From Flaccisagitta enflata (lineage: Eukaryota), in contig OZ231126.1 of the NCBI GenBank assembly GCA_965153355.1, forward strand, positions 45,136,001 to 45,200,000: DNA of 64,000 nt, in the 5' to 3' direction. The position numbers were made by a program, and so were the translations under genes. Shown here one piece after another: positions 54,898 to 64,000 of the stretch. Below the pieces are notes generated by a model. That model was not told where the DNA came from. It saw only the letters and a list, made by a program, of their open reading frames with translations, and made no database searches. Each line of letters opens with the position of its first letter. The first letter of the stretch is position 1.

Positions 54898-55508
54898 AGC
54901 TTATGTATTTTGCACTTTGGCTCAAAATCGATGTAGTATCACTATTCTTTCTTCAAAAATCGACTGGGGTGTCAGTAAATTGTGACCGCCACCCCCCACC
55001 CCCCTCAAAATAAGGTGACCTCACAATCTTGAACAATTCGCCTTTTTCCTTTATAAATTCTATGTGGATTGATCGAAAAACCTGTGAAAGGCCTCATTTG
55101 AAAGATTTTCATTTGGAAAACATGAATTATGACTGATATGGAGGATGGGGCCCGCACAGGGCCCCAAAAAAGCCCCTAGGGGACACTAAAAGGGGCTCAA
55201 AGGATACAAGATTGTGAATTTTTGCTTATACCCTTTATCAAGATTTTAGAACTGATGACGGATGTTTAGGCGTAGTAAATGCACAAAAATCCATAAGGGT
55301 GGGGGGTTGCTTGGGGGTTCCAGGGTCTTTTCTCAATGTCCCAGGCCATGTTTGAAGACAAAACAGTAATACTACATCAATTTTTAGCTACAGTGCAAAA
55401 TACATAGGATTTTTTCTGATACCATCCATTTGGCATCCCCATACTAGATGGTTTTTCTTTCTGTACATAAAAAAACTGAAGGCTCCAGGGTTAATAATAG
55501 GTGCGCCA

Positions 55509-55750
55509 CACCTTGATCTGGGGGCTGAGAAAAACCCGAGATGAATCTCAATAGCTTAAATTACATGAAAAACATACCTCTAGTTGCCCCAGTGGGATGA
55601 AATTTTACATGAAGAAAGCCGATGGTTTTGCAGAGCTTCAGTTAAAATTTCATCTCACTGGGTTAACTAGTAGTATGCTTTTCATGTAAATTAAGCTATT
55701 GAAACACGCTAGATTCATCTCGGGTTTTTCTCAGCCCCCAGATCAAGGTG
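55509..55750. mobile_element. Palindromic Transib-like MITE
   Basis: CACCTTGATCTGGGGGCTGAG...CAGATCAAGGTG, 5-bp TSD CGCCA at 55504-55508 and 55751-55755. Confidence 0.8.
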
Positions 55751-56452
55751 CGCCAGCGCCTTTTTCAACATGTGCTTTTCCAAATCTGGTGATTTAATGG
55801 CATGGTGTCATAACTCCTAGGGCTCAATGAAACCTACAACTTTGAACGGACGAACAAAAGTCCCCCTGTGTTCTACCAAAAGACGGAAGATTGTGGCTAT
55901 TTTAAAGAGCGCAAAAAAATCTTTCATTACCTCCTGAATTTTACCTAAATCGATCAAAAAACAACCAAGTTACAAGCTTCCAAAGTTGGTTGAACTTAAA
56001 GAAAATCTGAATAACTCCCTCAATTTAACCATTGACTTTAGCATCTTGCTGCTTCTAAACAAAAAAAGATAGAAGAATGCGCTTGTCATCATTTTAAAGA
56101 GCGCCAAAAAATATTTTGTTACTTCATGAGTTTCATCTAAATTGGTTGATGAAAACCACAAGAGACAAGCTTTCAGAGTTGGATGAAGTTTGAGAAAATT
56201 GAATTTACTTCCCATGTTTTCCCTTAGCTTTACAAGCTGATTGCATCTGAGAAAGAAAAGGTCGAATACATTACATAGATAATTAGTAGTCACTTGCAGG
56301 TGGTCAGGGGCAGTAATGGGGATGGGCAGGAGCCATTGCACTATGAGAATGGGCAGGGGTCTGTCTCTCTGTCTGCTCACGCATTTCTTTACATCAATCA
56401 GTCTACCCATCTTCTTGTCAGCCTTCCCATTTGTCTATCTGTATGCCGGTTG

Positions 56453-56484
<32 letters not shown>

Positions 56485-57656
56485 GTCTGTCTGTCTGTCT
56501 GCTTATTTTTTTTTCTGTTGGTCCGTCCATCTCTGTCTCTCTATCTTTGTAGTCGCGGACACGCGACTCTACACCTTGCCGTGTCGGTCGGTAGGTCGGT
56601 AGATCAGTCGGTAGGTCCATCACATTTTTGAATTCCAAGCGGTATTCGCATTACTGCTCCTTCCCAACTGTCCGCGACTGGATTGCCGTGTATCCGGCCT
56701 TGTTCTAGGAGAGAGTAGAACACCAAAATTTAGTATTCATTTCAATTTTGACTATTTTGGAGTTTTTAAACAATTTGGAGATTTATGCATATGGTGTTTT
56801 GAGATCCCAAGAGTTTCTCCTGTGATTCCAACAGGGTCGGCAATCAGTCTGGCCACTTTTGATACTTGCTCTGCCATGGATCAATATTTCAACAATAAGT
56901 CTAAAGAAAAATACAAAAATTCTGACTTTTCTCAATTTTGGATCATTTTGACCTCTTTTTGGGTCCCTTAAGTAATATGTTTATTCACACGGAAGTGTAG
57001 CACGTAACAAATGGACTATAAACTAAGTACAATTATGGCATCGCTTCTCGACAATGATAGGTGAATTCAGTTAAATGAAATCGTACATGACTAAATGAGG
57101 CAAGAGAATCATTGACTGATTTAACCAAAGGCATTCACGAGGGAGTCACGAGGGCATTTCTTGCCCCGTTGAAGAAAGCTTGATTAAGTATCCTTTGGGA
57201 GCCCCATGGAGGTCCCATCCTCCATTTTAATGTTGATTCATGTTCTCCAAGTGAATATCCTTCAAATAAGACCACTTGCATATTTTTTGATCCATTCATA
57301 AAAATGTTATGAAGGAAACCAAGTGAATCAGTCAAAATGGAAGGCAAATTCCTTTTTAGGGGGGTGGGGGGGGGGGGGGGTGGCGGTCACAATTTCTCCA
57401 TGTCCCAGGCCTTGATTGAAGACAGAACAGTGATACAACATCGATTTTGAGCCAAACTGCAAAATACATAAGCTTTTTTCCGATTTTTCACTCAAAACCC
57501 CTGGCCTAACGTAGAGGGAGAAAGAGAAGAAGGAGAAAATCCCCCATATGTGTGAAAGCATAGGTCATCGACCCCTTTGGGGCCGCTGCCCTGCTCCCCC
57601 TTCAACTTCAAGCACAACCTACTCAGGAGGGCACGGGTACCGCTAACCATCTAACG

Positions 57657-57867
<211 letters not shown>

Positions 57868-58252
57868 TTCTTTACTTCCTACCTTTTTTTATGAACGCAT
57901 GTTGGTTAATGTCTGAAACAATATAAAGAATGAAGTTGATAAGGGGTGGATGGGATTTAGCCATTTAGGGAGGATTGAGAGGGGGTGGTAGATATTTTTC
58001 CGGGTCACTGAGTTGGGGCGAATGAAGAAAGAAGCAGGCACTCGGAGTTGTGACAGTTATTTGTAATTTCTTTAAAAGTTTTCTGGCATTTACTCTTCAA
58101 TATTCGATTGTGTCACACTAAAAAAATTTGACAAGGTAAAACACCGATTGACTCACGAATGGGAAGTTTGCTAATTATAGGATATTTAAAGGAACAAACT
58201 CTCAAACAATGAACATGGCGTCTAAATGCGTTTTCCGAACTTCATGGTGATA

Positions 58253-58655
58253 CTATGCGGATAAAAAAAAGACGCACCTATTTGTTTATTGATAAAAAAG
58301 ATACAAAAAACAACTTAAAGTATTTTCAACAAAATCATTTTTGAAGATTTTCAAAAAATCTTTCATTCTAGATTCATACCAGGTCTGCATCTCAAACGGT
58401 TTAGAAGCTGGAGCTCTGCAAAGAGTCACATTATTTTGCTAAAATTCATTTTTTACATAGAGATTGCTAAACTGAAATGGGCAATGTTTTCATTCAAACT
58501 AATGCCATTTCTAAACAAAAGAAGATACCAAATTAGCGTCAAATGAAAATAATTTTGAAGGGCTTTCAAATGGTCTGAGATTGTAACTACTTATCTTGAG
58601 ATTTATTAGTATCATTAGCCATTTAGAAGTGCGTCTTTTTTTTTTATCCGCGTAG
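58253..58655. mobile_element. TA-flanked MITE
   Basis: CTATGCGGATAAAAAAAAGACGCAC...GTGCGTCTTTTTTTTTTATCCGCGTAG; a related internal fragment lies at about 5570-5735. Confidence 0.8.
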
Positions 58656-59732
58656 TAAGTCTAAGAGGAAAAGCTGGAAATTTTTCGCGAAGCTCCATCT
58701 CAGCGGTTCGCGTCTCACCTTGTCCTTGAGGCGAGAGGCACGTGACACCTGGTCAACGCGTCAATCCTCATTTAAGACGAATTTTCAATTATAAGATCAA
58801 CTTCCTCAGACAATCCTCTCATAATACTTCCTATAAAGAGACGATTTTACATCCTCATTACTTCTTCATGATTGATTCTCAACTTGATATCCTTTTCGGT
58901 AATATTTCTCACCTTCAAGGAGAATTTTGACAGTCAATGACATGTCAAATATCGGATTCGATGAGAAATTTCAATTTCGAGTGGTTTATAGTAGAATTGA
59001 CATTTGAATAAAGATATCGTGATCTCTATAGTATTATAACTTAAATTTTTGACCTGATAGAACGTCATTTTTACTTTTTAGTTATGGCCAAAATAAAATA
59101 AATCAAATCTGTGAAGGGGAATAAGATTATTGTGCAATGTCTGTGACAATTTCGTCGAAAATATCTAAATCCTGTTTGGTTAGAATCATTGATGGTATTA
59201 ATCTGGGTCTATAGGACTCATAGATTAGATAGGCTTATGAAAGTTGTAACAACATTGCCCTTATAAAAGGAGGCCAGAATTCTCCAATTAACAAAGGATG
59301 AAAGCCTTGCAAGCTTTCAATGGTGTTTATAGGGCTGATAGGTCTCACATAGAGCTTTTAAAAGTCGGCTGATTTAGGGTTTGAGAGGCCTTAATCAGGA
59401 TCTGAGAGGCCTAATCAGGGGGCTGAGAGGCCCCATTTGGGATCAGAGACAGAGGGGCCAGGAGGGCCTGGTTTGGGGCTACAGGGGGGGGGGCAGGTGA
59501 CGACGAAACACCGGATCTGGGGCCGCTACCAAAAGAGAAGAAGGAGAATTTTTTCCAAGTGTGAGAAAGCATCTAGGTAGAAATTTCTTCGTATGTGTGG
59601 AAGCGTAGGTCATCAGCCTCTTAGGGGCCGCTGCCCACAATCCAATAAACGATGAATCTGATACGGCACGTATATCACGTTTGAACTATAGTTCCCCGCC
59701 GAACACTTTCTCGTAGCCAAGTCGACGAAGGA

Positions 59733-59739
59733 TATAAAA
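59733..59739 (+). promoter_or_regulatory. Candidate TATA box of the PLA2 gene
   Basis: TATAAAA about 175 bp upstream of the ATG. Confidence 0.5.
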
Positions 59740-59911
59740 GTGCGTCATCCAAAACTGCGCAAAAACGTCACGAACATACATTCAACGTAAAACTAACAGA
59801 ATAATTTCTTTCGAAAAAAAAAAAAAGAATTATAAAAAATCATCTACCTTGTTCGTCGGAAAAAACGAACTGCGTTTTTTCTCTTTTTGGTCGACTTCAA
59901 TAAGAATAAAG

Positions 59912-60074
59912 ATGAAAGCCACTTTCTCCGCCGTTTCCGTTGCTACTTTGACAGTCATCCTCAATGTGATATTTTTCTGTGATGCTGACAACAAATCAGC
60001 TTTTCGATTGGAGCAATTTTACAGCCGAGTAGCCAAATCGAAATTTATCAGGAAAAAACGTGCAATTTACGATG
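59912..60074 (+). CDS. Secreted group III phospholipase A2, exon 1 (signal peptide and propeptide)
   Basis: MKATFSAVSVATLTVILNVIFFCDA signal-like segment, RKKR convertase site, then AIYD; donor G|GTAAG. Confidence 0.9.
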
Positions 60075-60076
60075 GT

Positions 60077-60170
<94 letters not shown>

Positions 60171-60325
60171 TGGTGGGTTTTGATGACGCAAAGCAGCGCC
60201 CATAAGCCATGGAAACCAAATGTAAACAATCAACATAGAGATAGACTGTGGTGTAAACAGACCAGTAAACACGACTACAATCATTCATCGTGTTTTTTTT
60301 TTATGTTTTGTTTTGTTTTTGAAAG

Positions 60326-60488
60326 GGACCAAATGGTGCGGACGAGGAAATATTGCAAAGCATTATCACGACCTGGGTGCTCTAAAGGAAGTTGACAAAT
60401 GCTGTCGGGCACATGACCATTGCGAGCATTACATCAGTCCCGGTGAAACAAAATATGGCATCAAAAACACCAACGATAACGATAACAT
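60326..60488 (+). CDS. Group III PLA2, exon 2 (Ca-binding loop and catalytic His)
   Basis: GTKWCGRGN...DKCCRAHDHC...PGETKYGIKN, matching the bee/scorpion venom PLA2 pattern; not in the ORF track. Confidence 0.95.
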
Positions 60489-60663
60489 GTAATTTCAAAA
60501 CGTTGATGTTGAAAAGAGAAAAGAATGCATTGTTTATATTTTCATTTCTGTTGTTTTTTTTTGTTTTTGTTTTGTTTTTGTTTTTGTTTTTGTTTTTGTT
60601 TTTGTTTTTGTTTTTGTTTTTGTTTTTGTTTTTGTTTTTGTTTTTGTTTTTGTTTTTGTTTTT

Positions 60664-60704
<41 letters not shown>

Positions 60705-61870
60705 TGTTTTTGTTTTTGTTTTCATATTTGTTGATTTACGTTTTTTGATGTTGTTTTTGTTTTTTTTTATTTATTTTTTATTTGCGTGCCCACGTCTCTA
60801 CAACCCACTCTGCCCGTATGTCAATCTCTCCGTCCGTCCGTCTGTTCCGCTGTCCCTTTGTCCATTCGTCCATCAGTCCATCTCACAAAGGGCAGAGAAT
60901 CTTTTTTTAATGCATATAGGGGCATTCTTTCTTTCAATATCTTTTTAGCTTCCATCGTGCATCATAACCTGTTGGAGGTAGAGGAACATGATTTGGTTGA
61001 ATTATCCCATTCCATGTACAGCTTATTGGAAGCCAAAGCAAAGTTTCAGCTTATGTTTCAATAGAGGGAGAAAAAAAATTCTATTCCCGCCTATTTCCGT
61101 CAAAAACTTTATACCAATTTGTAGATCTTCTCATAACAAATCTAAATATGTAATCTTTTCCTGCTACTTTTCTGCACTTTAAGAGAAAAAGCTCATGAAA
61201 AAGTTGTTGCAAAGCAGCTCTTTCCCAATCATTGGTGACCAACTTAGGAGATACGCCGTTTGATATAGATCTTGGTGATAACATCACACTCACAAATTGA
61301 CCAATGAGAAGTAAGGCACTACCAACCAGAGATTTGCCTCAGTTTTGGGTGATGTTAAAGGCCAGGTACTCTCTTGCTTTCGGTGCCTGTCATCGAATTT
61401 ATCATCGATTTCCCAAACTGTAATCACTGATCTTTTGTTGAGAACAACAAACATGACATCTGTTAATAAATAGAAGAAGTTGTGAGGCTGATTTCTTCAA
61501 ACAATTACTTTCAAGACTAAACGCAGATCTGTGTCCCTCAGTGCATCTGTCGCTCCGTCTGTCGCTCCGTCCGTTAGTCAGTCAAACTTTATCTTTTATG
61601 TCACTTGAAGTCATCTGAAGTCATTTTAAGTCGTTTATTTGTCGTTATATGTCTTAAAAAGATTGAGCCATTTTAGTCTTTTGCGTCATTTTACGTCAAT
61701 CTTTTCAGTCAGTTTAAGTTATTTTCAGTCATTTAAAGCCTTTTAAACTCAATTCAATACATCTTAAGTTATTCGCGTCCCACACGCGACATATAGGTGT
61801 TGGCCTTGTTGATAGCAAAGTGCCGTAGTTCCATTGTACGATTGCGTTATATCACCATATTCCTCTTCAG

Positions 61871-62020
61871 ATTCGCCTGTAAGTGTGAGAATGATTTCAG
61901 ACGTTGCTTAAACGCGACCAACACTCCCAAAGATGCAACACTTGTTTCCGACTTATACTCGTTTTGGACTTCTTCTTTTTGCTTCACATATGGTAGTGTA
62001 GCCATTCGCGAAACACCCTG
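61871..62020 (+). CDS. Group III PLA2, exon 3
   Basis: TTCAG acceptor in phase; FACKCENDFRRCLN...DLYSFWTSSFCF; donor TG|GTAGG. Confidence 0.92.
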
Positions 62021-62556
62021 GTAGGTTACTGCGAATATATGCAACCGTCCTCTTTCAGTAGATATAGTGGATTAATAGCAACACGATTTTTAGTCACTCG
62101 CTAAATGCTACTTAAGGGACTCTTTAGGAAATTAGGTGCGAATTTCGGAGGTCGGTCTGTAACGCGAATGTTAAACACATGAAATTCATGACAGGGTGCT
62201 TTCATAGATTTAGGAGAGCAATTTGCAAAGGGGCATTCAGGTTTTGTTTCAAGTCCGACAGCTTATGTCAGTCTGACAGAGTCAGATGTCTTTTTAGCTA
62301 TCTTACTGTATCACTTAGATCTAAAACACCAATTTTATCATCGAAACCTACACTAAATCCAACAAATATGAACCGATTTATTTTCCTCTCTTTTTCTTTT
62401 ATCCATTTTAAGAATTTTTTTTAAAGCTTTTCTTCTGAAAAATGAGTCTGACAGACTCCTCAGTCCGACAACAGGGCCTTTCTCTGAAGGCCCTGAAGGC
62501 CCTCCTCCCACATCCATGGGTGCTTTACTCAGGTTTTGTATTTCATTAAAAATCAG

Positions 62557-63115
62557 GCACCTCTGGTGGACGTCGTATTATACGGAAAAATGCGAACCCG
62601 AAATTAGGATGCATCTGCGTAGATTGCCATCAAAATGCAAAGACCTGTGGGCCGAATTTGTCCTATCCACGACTAAGAAGAGCAGAACCGGAACCGCCCT
62701 GCCAATTCTCAGCGCGTCCCCGCCATCCACCTTTACAACTAACTCAACTACGACAAAAGTTGCGTTGCCGGTAACAGAGCAAAATAAGCTGAACACGTCG
62801 CAAGCCGTAAAGAGCGATGAAGTTTCTACGTCCCCATTGCTGACGTCGACCGTTGAAAAAGATACAACAAACGCAGTATCAGCATCGTTCCGAACATTAA
62901 CAGTGACACTTTCCTCCGAATTCGGTGGTTCCACCATCAAGTCTGCTGGAGAGAATACAATGGCAGACTTCAGTAACGCAGCGATTTTGATGACTCAAGA
63001 AACTCCTCAGCGTCAATTGACGTCCCAGTTTCCAAAGGATGCAAAACCTTCGAACGCAAACCGACCGTGGTACAATTGGTTAACATGCAACTACTATGTT
63101 AAGATTTCGTGTTGA
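62557..63115 (+). CDS. Group III PLA2, exon 4 (Ser/Thr-rich C-terminal extension)
   Basis: ATCAG acceptor in phase; the four exons total 1035 nt = 344 aa plus stop. Confidence 0.82.
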
Positions 63116-63350
63116 TATATCTTAGGATACTATCGTCACCGTTTGTAGAAAAAAAAAGATAAACTGATAAAGTAAAAACTGTGCTATTGTGTAGAAACCC
63201 AACATGATCTATTCCTTACCAGTTACCAAATACCAATGTTCATTTCCTTCTTAATGTCGCCGGAAGCGTGCCATATACCACGTAACATATCAATGATTTG
63301 CTAGCATTTTTACCCCATATGCATACTTCTACCATACGTCGCTCCGTCTT

Positions 63351-63559
63351 TTTAGTCGCGTGCACGCGACTCTACAACCCGCTTTGTCTGTCTGTCGGTC
63401 GGTCGGTCGGTCGGTCGGTCGGTCGGTCGGTCACACTTTCCTTTTTTTAATGATTTTATTTTTTTGACCTCACTGCTCCTGCCCACTTGGTCTGGTGACC
63501 TCAAATATGGCCCCTGCCCACCCGCACGCGACTTCGGCAGCCGTGTATCCGGCCTTGTT
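63351..63559 (+). mobile_element. HINE family A, canonical copy
   Basis: Nearly identical to 11235-11441. Confidence 0.8.
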
Positions 63560-64000
63560 CTTGTCTTTCCTCCTTTCATTTTTCCTTAGCTGCTTTTTTG
63601 TTTCTGGTAATAAAAGTCGTCCAAAATTTTTAAAAGATATCTGTTCATCAAGTATTTGGAACCGTTGGCACACCCAAATTTCTCAATGATTGATGATGAC
63701 AACTTTTCTCGAATTATGATAGAAAAGCTAAAAAGAGGCTGTTTCAAGAAACGACCCATTATTACCAAACTCAGCCAGATTGGGTATGATGCAGGCCAGA
63801 GTTGATAAGACCAATTTTGTCTTTGATGAGGGGGGTGAAAGAGAGGGGGTGAAAGAGAGAGAATACTATTTCTGAGTCTCAAAAAGGAGGAAAGAAAAAG
63901 CAAAAAGTCGCTTGCCAAAAAAGGAAAAACGCAAACTTGAAAACGGAAACTCAAATTGACAGATCAAAAATTTTTAAGTCCAAAGGTCTTAAAAGAAGAA

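Overview
Repeat-rich eukaryotic genomic DNA with GT-AG introns, most consistent with an invertebrate. The main feature is a full-length, young BEL/Pao LTR retrotransposon on the minus strand (13167-23336; two 552-bp LTRs with about 5 differences, GATAT target-site duplication, frameshifted gag-pol). It has two unusual traits. (i) It lacks a tRNA-type primer-binding site; instead the 10 nt directly after the 5' LTR are perfectly complementary to a site inside its own LTR at an initiator-like motif, which suggests Tf1-like self-priming. (ii) About 2.1 kb of extra coding sequence follows integrase, does not look like env, and can be joined in frame by a canonical splice to a short leader uORF. 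Two host genes can be assembled: a DEG/ENaC (pickpocket-like) channel (+, about 7789-12781) and a secreted group III phospholipase A2 with a Glu at the catalytic-Asp position and a Ser/Thr-rich tail (+, 59912-63115). The rest is more than 20 Helentron-associated (HINE/DINE-1-like) short elements, palindromic TA-flanked MITEs, two Transib-like non-autonomous elements, a transposase remnant and many micro/minisatellites. Most ORF-track entries are translations of simple repeats. No database search was run; all family calls rest on motifs read by eye.
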